This document shows positions 1 to 8,189 of a stretch of DNA of 30,641 bases, one piece after another (position 1 is the stretch's first letter; every line of letters starts with the position of its first letter). Both the position numbers and the translations under genes were made by a program. The DNA is taken from IMG/VR virus record IMGVR_UViG_3300023105_001878, positions 1 through 30,641 of that record. One strand, given 5' to 3'. A model generated the notes under the pieces. That model saw only the letters and a program-made list of their open reading frames with translations, did no database searches and was not told where the DNA came from. The stretch is from a virus (lineage: Duplodnaviria > Caudoviricetes).

Positions 1-2
1 GT

Positions 3-110
3 ATAGAAGCACATGCAGAAGCTTATAATAAAATAGCTGTAGAGTCCGAGCGTGATTATGCTACTGTTACACTTATAATTAGTGGCTTTTCTGATATTAA
101 AATAGTCTAA
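3..110 (+). CDS. 3' end of a gene entering from the left edge (…IEAHAEAYNKIAVESERDYATVTLIISGFSDIKIV*), function unknown
   Basis: Hand translation: open frame from nt 3 to TAA at 108-110, followed directly by a large inverted repeat. Confidence 0.5.
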   Translation: MEAHAEAYNKIAVESERDYATVTLIISGFSDIKIV

Positions 111-117
111 AATACAA

Positions 118-171
118 AACCAGGTCTTATGATATATTTTAACACGTTGTTTTCTATCATAAGACCTGGTT
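118..171. repeat. Perfect 17-bp inverted repeat with 20-nt loop between convergent genes; probable terminator or processing hairpin
   Basis: AACCAGGTCTTATGATA (118-134) and TATCATAAGACCTGGTT (155-171) are exact reverse complements; on the minus strand the stem is followed by TTGTATTTT. Confidence 0.9.
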
Positions 172-207
172 GTTATAAAACAAATTTTATATATTTGTAA
201 TACATCA

Positions 208-381
208 TTATACTGACTTAGGTCGTTTACGACGTTTACCGTAGCCTAATCTATGCATAATCGACAATCGTTTTTCGTCATCCATTTGCATCCACATGCA
301 AATTTCTTCTTTTGTTCTGCCACACCCTACACATATGCCTTCTACAATTTTACATACGCTCATGCAAGGTGTAATATACAT
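208..381 (-). CDS. Small Cys-rich DUF1289-like (predicted Fe-S/metal-binding) protein, 57 aa; absent from the ORF track
   Basis: Hand translation MYITPCMSVCKIVEGICVGCGRTKEEICMWMQMDDEKRLSIMHRLGYGKRRKRPKSV*; fits the PCxxxC…CxGCxRTxxEIxxW signature; ATG overlaps the upstream TAA (TAATG). Confidence 0.85.
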   Translation of the reverse strand: MYITPCMSVCKIVEGICVGCGRTKEEICMWMQMDDEKRLSIMHRLGYGKRRKRPKSV

Positions 382-3300
382 TAAGTATCTACACCTTTAT
401 TTTTTATATCTTGGTATTTTTGTATGAGCTTTTGTCTCAGTTCATCATTAATACGCTTTGGTAAGTCTCGGCTACGATAATCACCTGGATTTTTAGAAAT
501 ATAGTGATTGTAAAAATTAATAGCTTTGTCTATATCATAATCGCCTGGCCATTGAATCGAATCGCTATACAAATCGTAAACAGGACTAGGTGCGCCTGAA
601 GACAATCTAGATAAAAATGCATCAGTAGTCTTAAAGACTAACGGACTATCTAATCTATCTATTTGTATACCAGGAGCGATATAATAAGGAATAGGTTCTA
701 ATTCATCAGCACTGTAGGAGACATCATCATCATCGGGTTCATCGATTGGCTCATTAGGTTCATCGATTGGCGTATCAAACTCATCGTCATAGTCTGGTTC
801 ATTTGTTGGCTCAACATCAGGATCTTGGACTGGCTCTGGCTCTGGTGATAATGGAGGTTCTTCGCTTGTAGGAATTTTGGTATTTGGTCCTGTGTAAGTA
901 GGCTCTGTACCGTTTTGTGCAGCTTCGTAAGCTGCTTTAAGTTGAGTTGCAATTTGTCCTGTAATCGGATAAGGCACACCTGGCTTTCTAGTATATCTTC
1001 TTTTTTCGCCGCCGTCGTTATAATACTGTATAGTAGCATCCATATCATAATTAGCAGGCCAAGGTATATTCTCATGTATTCTTTTAATGTAACCTAGCAA
1101 ATAAGCAATTACATCGCTAGTTGCTGCATATTGTACAAGATCGCTGTCACCAACTGTGTTACCGTAGACATGGTTAGGTATTTTTAATTCCTTTTCAATG
1201 TTTGGATCTGGTCTAAGATAGTCAGTTGCCCAATCACTACTGCTTATAGAATCTTTGCTTTTTGGCTCAACGCCCGGTAAAGGAATTGCTCCTAGTTCGA
1301 TTTGAGCTTTGTGATCTCTGTAATCTCCAATAGAGTATGGTAATAATCTTCTTAATTCAGCATTTGTTGCTGGTTCTATTTCTCCTGCCTTTACTTTTTT
1401 TGCAAAATAGCCTGGCAATAATATTTCTATATCTTTTAGTTTTCCTAGTTCTTCGACAGTATTTTTAAGTTCATTAATTCTAGTTCTTATATATTCTGGC
1501 TCTACAGTTTTATTGTTTCTCTTCTTCCAGTTTGCAAGCAAAGTTTCACTTTTCTTAATAGCTATAGGTAAAGCAAATTTGTATGCTCTACTAAAATGTG
1601 CATTATACATTGCCCGCAGAGCTTCTTCGTATATAACATCAAATCTGTCTAAAAGATTTTTATCAACAGCCCGTCTCAGGTTCCAGCCGCCCATAAACAT
1701 GTCGCCGTCTAATGCCGCTTCAATTTTTTGAAGTTGATCAAGATCGTCATTTAATAAAATGTGTCGATACATTTCAGTCCAGCCTGGATTGGTTTTAATG
1801 TACGGTGCCATACTATTTGATATTTCTATATTGTCGCCCGGAAGCGGCGGACGATTGTAATAGTTTAATGGCTTTGGCTTAATGAATCTTTTGTCTGCAC
1901 CTATTTCTTTTAAGAAGTCGCCCACTACTTTACTTGTATCGTAATAGAGTTTTTTCCAATAACTTATGGGGTAATCTTTAGTGTTGAATATCCCGTTATC
2001 AAAAAATTTCATACGTCTTTCTGGAGTAGTACCGGCAGCATAATCAACTGCATAAATCAATGCATGCTCTGCCCAAGCACCAGTTGCAATCTCTATTTTG
2101 TCCCAATCCGTGTACTTTTCATCGCCATAGCTTCCCCACCATTTACCTCCTGGTTTTAGATCTGCAGGTAGTTTGTTTCTCAAAGCTGGTAGCAAACTTA
2201 TAATATTAAATGCTCTGTGTCTAATTTCATGAGCATCAGTTCTTGCAGCTCTTGAAGGATGATATGCCATAAGTTGATCTTCTCCAGATAGGAGAGTATC
2301 TTCGCCATATGGGCCGCCGTATGCTGCGCCCCATATTCCCATGCCAGGCCATCGTGCTATAACTTTTCTTTCGGGATACTTTTCTGGCAACCCTGGAGAC
2401 GCTTTTAACGTGCTTTCTATATTTCTAGGATCGCCCATTATACCTAGTTGCAAAATAGGGTCATCTAAATTATTAATTGGATCTACAAATTTATTTTTTG
2501 CTAACAGTCGCATGTTCCAATCGAATACGTCATAGTCTACAGCAACTACGCTAACATTAGCCAAATAGGCAGATATTTTTTCTGGACTCAATTTTTTCCA
2601 ATAACCTTTTACTCTTTCGCCTAATATTTCTTCAATGTCATCGACATAATCCTCGGTATCATATTTTAGCATTTGCTGCTCTAACGACTTTTCTGCTACA
2701 TCTCTTGGCGCACCGGGTCTAGGCAGTTTAGGAAGAGTATCAGGATCAACCACGTATCTTTCGCGACTGCGTCCTAAGCCCGGATGAGCTCCGGTGTCTT
2801 CTAGATCAAAACCGTATTTTAAATGTATTTTATATTTTTGCCATGCTGTGTTTTTTACATCGTTAGGTAAATCTTCCCACGCTTTGAGCACAGGATTGGT
2901 TTTTTCTACATTTCTGTATCTCTTTAAAATTTCAAGAATTGCAGGATAATTTATTTTTTTCTTACCATAATTTTTATCTACAACTTGCCAGTAATGTTGG
3001 CGCATTTGTTGCATTGCAGCAAGTCCATCTTGAGACGAGGCTGCAATAATTAAGCTTATTAACTGCACAACTGAATCTTCTGTTCTACGAATAAAAGACA
3101 TTTCCCAACCGTCAGCTCTTTGAGCATGATTATATAAATCCTTTAGTAACGACGCTTCTGAAGTTCCATATGTTGGTGTTGGTGTTGTTGGTTTGTATGT
3201 ACCACCAAATGGTTCTGCATCTGTTGGTTCATTAGATGTAGGTGTAGTTTGAGTGTTAGGTTTGCCTAATGAACCTCTACGGGACGAAGTGTCTCTTAAT

Positions 3301-3695
3301 TTTACAGGATCCCATAAATCGTTTTCTTTATTAAATTGGTGTTCTCTTTTTAATTCTGTAGCAGTTGGAAATCCTGATTGGAATAATGAATTTATTGTTC
3401 TTTCTTTATAAGGAAAATTACTTGCTTTAAATTTGCCTTTTGTTATTGCAGAACGTGCTTGTGGGTAAGTATCAATGTAATGATCTATTATTTTATAAAT
3501 TTCATCAGAAGATAAATCTTTTAAAGCACTAGAATATCCATCAAATAAATGTTTAAGTTGAAACAAGTTAGGACTACCTGTTAATAATATAATTGCAGCC
3601 CAATCACGGCTAGTATGATTATTTTTTAGATAAGGCTTTAGTACTTTATCAAAATCTTTTACTCTATCTTCAACTAATAATTCTCGTAAAAACAT
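381..3695 (-). CDS. 1104-aa probable virion/head-packaged protein with a zincin-like HExxH motif and a duplicated C-terminal domain
   Basis: Long ORF; AAGGT SD and TAAATA upstream; TDAHEIRHRAF motif (nt 2217-2231); Pro/Thr and Pro/acidic linkers; two WPxxYDxDxxIxxYN repeats. The virion role is an inference. Confidence 0.6.
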   Translation of the reverse strand: MFLRELLVEDRVKDFDKVLKPYLKNNHTSRDWAAIILLTGSPNLFQLKHLFDGYSSALKDLSSDEIYKIIDHYIDTYPQARSAITKGKFKASNFPYKERTINSLFQSGFPTATELKREHQFNKENDLWDPVKLRDTSSRRGSLGKPNTQTTPTSNEPTDAEPFGGTYKPTTPTPTYGTSEASLLKDLYNHAQRADGWEMSFIRRTEDSVVQLISLIIAASSQDGLAAMQQMRQHYWQVVDKNYGKKKINYPAILEILKRYRNVEKTNPVLKAWEDLPNDVKNTAWQKYKIHLKYGFDLEDTGAHPGLGRSRERYVVDPDTLPKLPRPGAPRDVAEKSLEQQMLKYDTEDYVDDIEEILGERVKGYWKKLSPEKISAYLANVSVVAVDYDVFDWNMRLLAKNKFVDPINNLDDPILQLGIMGDPRNIESTLKASPGLPEKYPERKVIARWPGMGIWGAAYGGPYGEDTLLSGEDQLMAYHPSRAARTDAHEIRHRAFNIISLLPALRNKLPADLKPGGKWWGSYGDEKYTDWDKIEIATGAWAEHALIYAVDYAAGTTPERRMKFFDNGIFNTKDYPISYWKKLYYDTSKVVGDFLKEIGADKRFIKPKPLNYYNRPPLPGDNIEISNSMAPYIKTNPGWTEMYRHILLNDDLDQLQKIEAALDGDMFMGGWNLRRAVDKNLLDRFDVIYEEALRAMYNAHFSRAYKFALPIAIKKSETLLANWKKRNNKTVEPEYIRTRINELKNTVEELGKLKDIEILLPGYFAKKVKAGEIEPATNAELRRLLPYSIGDYRDHKAQIELGAIPLPGVEPKSKDSISSSDWATDYLRPDPNIEKELKIPNHVYGNTVGDSDLVQYAATSDVIAYLLGYIKRIHENIPWPANYDMDATIQYYNDGGEKRRYTRKPGVPYPITGQIATQLKAAYEAAQNGTEPTYTGPNTKIPTSEEPPLSPEPEPVQDPDVEPTNEPDYDDEFDTPIDEPNEPIDEPDDDDVSYSADELEPIPYYIAPGIQIDRLDSPLVFKTTDAFLSRLSSGAPSPVYDLYSDSIQWPGDYDIDKAINFYNHYISKNPGDYRSRDLPKRINDELRQKLIQKYQDIKNKGVDT
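736..771. repeat. Short direct repeat (GGTTCATCGATTGGC x2, 21-nt period) encoding PIDEP twice in an acidic linker
   Basis: Copies at 736-750 and 757-771. Confidence 0.85.
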
Positions 3696-3718
3696 AATAT
3701 TACCTTATATAGATAAAA

Positions 3719-3724
3719 TATTTA
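3719..3724 (-). promoter_or_regulatory. TAAATA late-promoter-like motif upstream of the 1104-aa gene
   Basis: Minus strand reads GATAAATATTTTATCTATATAAGGTAATATT-ATG; resembles the T4 late promoter TATAAATA core. Confidence 0.6.
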
Positions 3725-5356
3725 TCTGTTCCAGTCTGTAAACGAATACACGTCGACCATGCTAGTATCAATAAAGTCGCTATTATTACTATGCTGTATA
3801 CGACCTTGACCTTGAACTATGTCACCGTCTCGATAAGATACTGCACGTTTAACTACAATGTCGATGTATTCTCCGTAGCCTATGCCAAGGGTAAGAAAGG
3901 TTACCCAACGGTTGCCTTTGCCCCTATAACAACGCCCATTAGCAATAACACCTGCAAACTCGACCCTATCGAGCCATAGTTGTCGAACCCCTACATTATT
4001 AGGGAACCCCCTATGCCACCATCCTGAATATGTGGGTATACCCTGACGGTGGGCCTCTACTTGATATACCCAGGGTCTGTATGACCCTTGGCAATGTTTT
4101 ATATTTGCACGCCAAAATTCTTTAGGGTTATGCGCTTTTTGGTAAGCTAGGGCCCATATAAGACGACCTAAGTTAACTGCGTGTGCACGACATAAGCCAA
4201 ATCCTGATAAACTTTGTAAGGCAGCCATGGCCTCTTGCTTTCGGGGGTGTACTCCCATGCGTTCTACAAATTCTAAAATCTTTTCATCATTCTTTTTTGC
4301 AAATGCACGTCGATACATATCTGCTTCATACATATCAACACCTATTATATCTGATATAATTGATATTGCGTCGTCTTCAAACACTATACTATCCTGTATA
4401 GCTTCTTGACTCCAGTCTTGAAACATTGCTGCTTTTTGTCTGCCGCTCATAGCAACTGGCCTAACCATAGCTGTAGCAAACACACAATCGTGAACTGAAG
4501 TTGGCTGTATTGCTCTAAACAATCTTCGCATAGCCGGTGACTCACCCTGGGTAACACCTAGTATGTCGCCGCGACATAACAACTCACTTGTCTTTTGATC
4601 TTCTTCAGGGTAATCTGCTAAAGCAGTATCAGGATCAATTTCGAGTAGTTGCGACAAACCTCTGTTTGCAAGTATGTCAACTTTAAGGTGTTCTAAATCC
4701 TCTACTTCATATTTGTCTAACAGTATTTGATTATCTTGAGAAATTAAACTTTTAGGTAATTGTCGTGTAAACATTACAATGCCGCCGCAATGTTTTGATA
4801 TTGCTCGCTTCTTACCGATAAGTCTATTCTCGATACGCTTTGCTTCCTTTGGATCAATGTCGTAATCTTCATACTTAAAGTTACGGGGTAGATTCCCTTT
4901 AACTCCTAAGCGTTTAGCTGCTTCTTTACGTGCACTTTTTTGCCTGTACATTACATAATTGCTTAGGCGAGCAGTCTTACCAGGCCATTTTTTAAATATG
5001 CGATCCATTACTTCTAGCTGACGATGATGTTCGAAGTCGATATCAACATCTGGTAAATCGTCACGCATTGGATTCATAAATCGTGCTACGGGTATACGCC
5101 ATTTAATTGGATCTACGTCAGTAATGCCTAACAAGTAGCAAACTAAGCTACTTCCTGCAGATCCTCTAGTCATGTGTGTTAAGTCTTGAGTAAGATCTAT
5201 AATGTCACAAATTTGTAAAAAATAATCTGTGAATCTCTGATTTAATATTAGTTCAAATTCTTCAACTAGCCTAAGTGTGTATTCTTCTGTTTGCGGTATT
5301 GGTCTTTTAAATCTTTGTAATAGTTTTTCTATGTTTTCTAAATCGTTGTCTGCCAT
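3722..5356 (-). CDS. dnaE: Compact family C DNA polymerase (DnaE-like): palm/thumb/fingers plus OB fold, no PHP domain, 544 aa
   Basis: RGSAGSSLVCYLLGITDVDP, RFMNPMR, PDVDIDF, KHCGG, LKVDIL, GVTQGES, ADMYRRAFAKK, AYQKAH, and an OB-like VEFAGVI…VTFLTL…IDIVV, all in DnaE order. Confidence 0.92.
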   Translation of the reverse strand: MADNDLENIEKLLQRFKRPIPQTEEYTLRLVEEFELILNQRFTDYFLQICDIIDLTQDLTHMTRGSAGSSLVCYLLGITDVDPIKWRIPVARFMNPMRDDLPDVDIDFEHHRQLEVMDRIFKKWPGKTARLSNYVMYRQKSARKEAAKRLGVKGNLPRNFKYEDYDIDPKEAKRIENRLIGKKRAISKHCGGIVMFTRQLPKSLISQDNQILLDKYEVEDLEHLKVDILANRGLSQLLEIDPDTALADYPEEDQKTSELLCRGDILGVTQGESPAMRRLFRAIQPTSVHDCVFATAMVRPVAMSGRQKAAMFQDWSQEAIQDSIVFEDDAISIISDIIGVDMYEADMYRRAFAKKNDEKILEFVERMGVHPRKQEAMAALQSLSGFGLCRAHAVNLGRLIWALAYQKAHNPKEFWRANIKHCQGSYRPWVYQVEAHRQGIPTYSGWWHRGFPNNVGVRQLWLDRVEFAGVIANGRCYRGKGNRWVTFLTLGIGYGEYIDIVVKRAVSYRDGDIVQGQGRIQHSNNSDFIDTSMVDVYSFTDWNR

Positions 5357-5358
5357 AC

Positions 5359-5376
5359 TTGCCTTTCTTTGCCTTA
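5359..5376 (-). promoter_or_regulatory. 18-nt leader element TAAGGCAAAGAAAGGCAA over the dnaE ribosome-binding region; near-identical to the ssb leader element
   Basis: 17/18 identity to 26540-26557; ends 2 nt before the ATG. Confidence 0.7.
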
Positions 5377-5381
5377 GGCAG

Positions 5382-5387
5382 TATTTA
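5382..5387 (-). promoter_or_regulatory. TAAATA late-promoter-like motif between helicase and dnaE
   Basis: Minus strand TAG-TAAATA-CTGCC, directly after the helicase stop codon. Confidence 0.55.
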
Positions 5388-6818
5388 CTATTCCTCAGTT
5401 GACAAGTTGTTCAAGAAAGAGCGTAACATAGTACTATCTGTTTCTGCTTTGATTTTACCTACAGTATCGCCTTCGGCTGGATTTTTCTTTTCTTCTTCAA
5501 CGGGTGCAGTTGAGTTACCTCGTTTAATTTGATCAAATACTGTAGATTTACGTTTTGAAAATTCTTGATAATCACTATCATCTGCAAGATCTCTAATACG
5601 CAAGCTATCAACGTCGAATTCAAGATCAACTTTAGAGCCCACGCCGCTAGACGAACGTGTTTTCATAAGTTGTATTTGATAGCGTCCACGTTCACGCATA
5701 GCTCTACTAGTAAAGATACCAAACACATTATCGGCTGTATTGATCTTGCTAAGGCCGCCGGAAATATGTGAATGATCAAACTCTACTTCTTCAACTGCTC
5801 CTCTGTTTAACTGCGAGGCAGTTACAAATACAGTATTAAGTTCCATTGCTAGGTTACGCAGTTCTTCAGATACATATTTGTCTTTTACAAACATGTCACT
5901 AGGTGATACTTTAACACCCATTGGCATCATAAGATCGAGATAATCTACTAGTACTACATCAACTTTTCTATCAGTTTTAATTTCATACTCTTTAATATAA
6001 CTTCGAAGATCATTTGCTGTGCAGCCACTCGGCATGTACTTAACCTGCATTGCACCTGCTTTCTTTCCTATCATTTTTACTTTCATTTCAACATCTTCTA
6101 TTGACTTGAAAACATCTTTTGTAGGAATGTCTGTAGTCATCGAATCTATTCGCATACTCACTAAGTTTTCGGAAAGCTCAAATGTAAGATACAATACATT
6201 AAGGCCTGTCAAACACCAGTTAACACCCAAGTTTGCCATGAACAAACTTTTACCAGAGCCAGAGCCGCCTGCAAATATATTAAGTTCGCCTCTGTTAAAA
6301 CCGCCGAATAATTTCTTATCTAAACTATCCCAACCAGTACTAACTTGCCCATTTTTATCTTTAATTGCTTCAAGTCTAGCTCGTGGATCTGCAAAGTAGT
6401 CTGTTCCTAAATCTTTTTGTAAACCAATCTGCACGGCCTTCTTAACTAGATCTTCAACAGGTCCGTATTCGCCTTTTTCTAGTAAGTCGGCGCTTTTTAA
6501 GATAGCAGACTCTAGTGCTTTGTGTCTACTAAACACTTCAAATTCTTTTAATAGCCAATCATAGTGTTCTTCTCTTAATGCACCGGGATCTTGAAGTGCA
6601 GTTTGACACGAAGCATTGACCATTTGAAAAGTAGGCAACGAATTATGATCAGCAACATAATTTTTTAAAAATTCTGCTGCCGGCTGTAGTTTCCTATCAA
6701 ACGCTGACGGATCAAATACACTTTGGCATCTTACAAATGTTTCAGCATCTGTAAGCATCATTTCTAAATAAACTTTTTGTATATCGTATCCGTAATCAGT
6801 GTTTTGAGTTGTTGTCAT
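5388..6818 (-). CDS. Replicative helicase, DnaB/T4 gp41-like (SF4), 476 aa
   Basis: STGW..LD, Walker A GGSGSGKS, Walker B VLVDYLDLM, TASQLNR, MKTR. Confidence 0.95.
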   Translation of the reverse strand: MTTTQNTDYGYDIQKVYLEMMLTDAETFVRCQSVFDPSAFDRKLQPAAEFLKNYVADHNSLPTFQMVNASCQTALQDPGALREEHYDWLLKEFEVFSRHKALESAILKSADLLEKGEYGPVEDLVKKAVQIGLQKDLGTDYFADPRARLEAIKDKNGQVSTGWDSLDKKLFGGFNRGELNIFAGGSGSGKSLFMANLGVNWCLTGLNVLYLTFELSENLVSMRIDSMTTDIPTKDVFKSIEDVEMKVKMIGKKAGAMQVKYMPSGCTANDLRSYIKEYEIKTDRKVDVVLVDYLDLMMPMGVKVSPSDMFVKDKYVSEELRNLAMELNTVFVTASQLNRGAVEEVEFDHSHISGGLSKINTADNVFGIFTSRAMRERGRYQIQLMKTRSSSGVGSKVDLEFDVDSLRIRDLADDSDYQEFSKRKSTVFDQIKRGNSTAPVEEEKKNPAEGDTVGKIKAETDSTMLRSFLNNLSTEE

Positions 6819-7063
6819 TTAAATCTCTTTGCAATACGTTTAGCTAGGTACTTATGTAAGATGTAAAACCAAAAGCCATTTAATATTGGTTCAATAAGCG
6901 CAGTTAATCCTGCATCAAACCAATTAGCTCCAGTAATTAATCTAACTGTACTAATTGCAATTACAAAATGACCAAGCGTGTAAATAATAGCAAGTATAAC
7001 ACTATTGCCTACACTAAGTTTTTTGAGTACTTTAAATATTCCGTTTGTAAATTCATTAAACAT
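6815..7063 (-). CDS. Small membrane protein (DUF2061-like), 82 aa
   Basis: Two hydrophobic segments and an ALIEP…FYILH motif; start moved to ATG 7063, which has a GAGGA SD; ATGA overlap with the helicase. Confidence 0.6.
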   Translation of the reverse strand: MFNEFTNGIFKVLKKLSVGNSVILAIIYTLGHFVIAISTVRLITGANWFDAGLTALIEPILNGFWFYILHKYLAKRIAKRFK

Positions 7064-7067
7064 AATG

Positions 7068-7184
7068 TTAATCCTCGTAAACAAAAGGATCTTGATCCTT
7101 TAATTCTTTCAGTCTTTTTCTAAAACGTATTTCTTCAGTGATACGTCTATAAGGCCATAAAATTATATTGATTATCCAAACCAT
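7068..7184 (-). CDS. 38-aa microprotein MVWIINIILWPYRRITEEIRFRKRLKELKDQDPFVYED; absent from the ORF track
   Basis: Hand translation; fills the gap between primase and the membrane protein; ATG overlaps the primase 3' end; hydrophobic N-terminus, basic helix, DPFVY end. Confidence 0.65.
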   Translation of the reverse strand: MVWIINIILWPYRRITEEIRFRKRLKELKDQDPFVYED

Positions 7185-8155
7185 TTCTTTTCCTTTAATT
7201 TTATTTTCACAGCGTATGATTCTGCCTGTGTGGCAATACTGTATAACGTATAGATCTTTCCGTAACGTTCAACTGCATCTGCAATGTCGCTAATATCGTC
7301 GTCCCAGTCAGGCATACTAACGCTCCACCCTTGCTCTATTGCAGCCGATACAAGCTTCTTGCCTGCTTTATCTCTATCGGGTACAACTATAACTTGTTTG
7401 TTTAATTGATTGATTAATAGTGCTTGCTGCTCACTTATTTCCGATCCAAGTAAACCGATTCCGTCAACGTGTATAGCATCAACAACACCTTCGCAAACAA
7501 TTGCAAATACTTTATTATCAGTTTGATTGTCTAAGTTAAAACAATAGCCAGGCTGTTGCTCTGATAGATACTTCGGCTTTTTATCAGCTTGTATAGTTCT
7601 TCCTGTCCAACCTACAATATTACCTTTGTAGTAAAATGGAATAATTAATCTATCTCTAAAAGCTAAATCTGCTGACCAATAAAAAGTATAATCATCAGTG
7701 TTTAGTTGACGACTGTGCATATATTCAAAAATACTTGCTAGATGCTTAGGTGGTTCAGCAATGTCTATAATTTTTTCAGCATTTGGTGGTAATTGTACAC
7801 TAGTAAACTCGGGAAGATCATATGTAAACTCTTTTACTTGAATACCTTCGTTAGAACGCATTACTTCTAATGCAAGCTTATTAATTGTATCGTCAGGTAC
7901 ATTTAGCCATTGAAGTAATTGTCTTAATTTATAAGATATGTTGCGACCAGGCTGCCATCCTGTTTTAAATCCGCAATTAAAACAATGGTATGACACTTCT
8001 CCGTCGGACCCTTTAATGATGCCGCCACGCTGTCTTGTGTCAGCAGAAGTTCCGTTGTGATGACAACAAGGTGCATTGAAAGATGTCCATCCTGATGGTG
8101 TAACTTTCTGCTGCGACGGCAAATGTAATGTAATCACATCTTGAACTATATTCAT
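7172..8155 (-). CDS. DNA primase (T4 gp61/DnaG-like; Zn finger plus TOPRIM), 327 aa
   Basis: NAPCC…YHCFNC Zn-binding region, RLIIPF, GWTGR, PKYL, CEGVVDA, PDRDKAG. Confidence 0.92.
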   Translation of the reverse strand: MNIVQDVITLHLPSQQKVTPSGWTSFNAPCCHHNGTSADTRQRGGIIKGSDGEVSYHCFNCGFKTGWQPGRNISYKLRQLLQWLNVPDDTINKLALEVMRSNEGIQVKEFTYDLPEFTSVQLPPNAEKIIDIAEPPKHLASIFEYMHSRQLNTDDYTFYWSADLAFRDRLIIPFYYKGNIVGWTGRTIQADKKPKYLSEQQPGYCFNLDNQTDNKVFAIVCEGVVDAIHVDGIGLLGSEISEQQALLINQLNKQVIVVPDRDKAGKKLVSAAIEQGWSVSMPDWDDDISDIADAVERYGKIYTLYSIATQAESYAVKIKLKEKKWFG

Positions 8156-8161
8156 ACTACT

Positions 8162-8189
8162 ATTATAGCAAGAATAAGTTTATTGTCAA
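8162..8189 (-). promoter_or_regulatory. Consensus sigma70 promoter for primase (probably giving a leaderless mRNA)
   Basis: TTGACA (8184-8189), 16-nt spacer ending TGC, TATAAT (8162-8167); ATG follows after 6 nt. Confidence 0.85.

Noticed and set aside
698-1075. 125-aa alternative-frame ORF rich in Met/Gln/Ser
   Set aside because: It is a shadow of the Pro/Asp/Glu low-complexity linker of the 1104-aa gene, with no independent start signals.
3711-3727. 7-bp inverted repeat AGATAAA-ATA-TTTATCT around the TAAATA motif
   Set aside because: Short and nearly all AT, so it is expected by chance in this composition.
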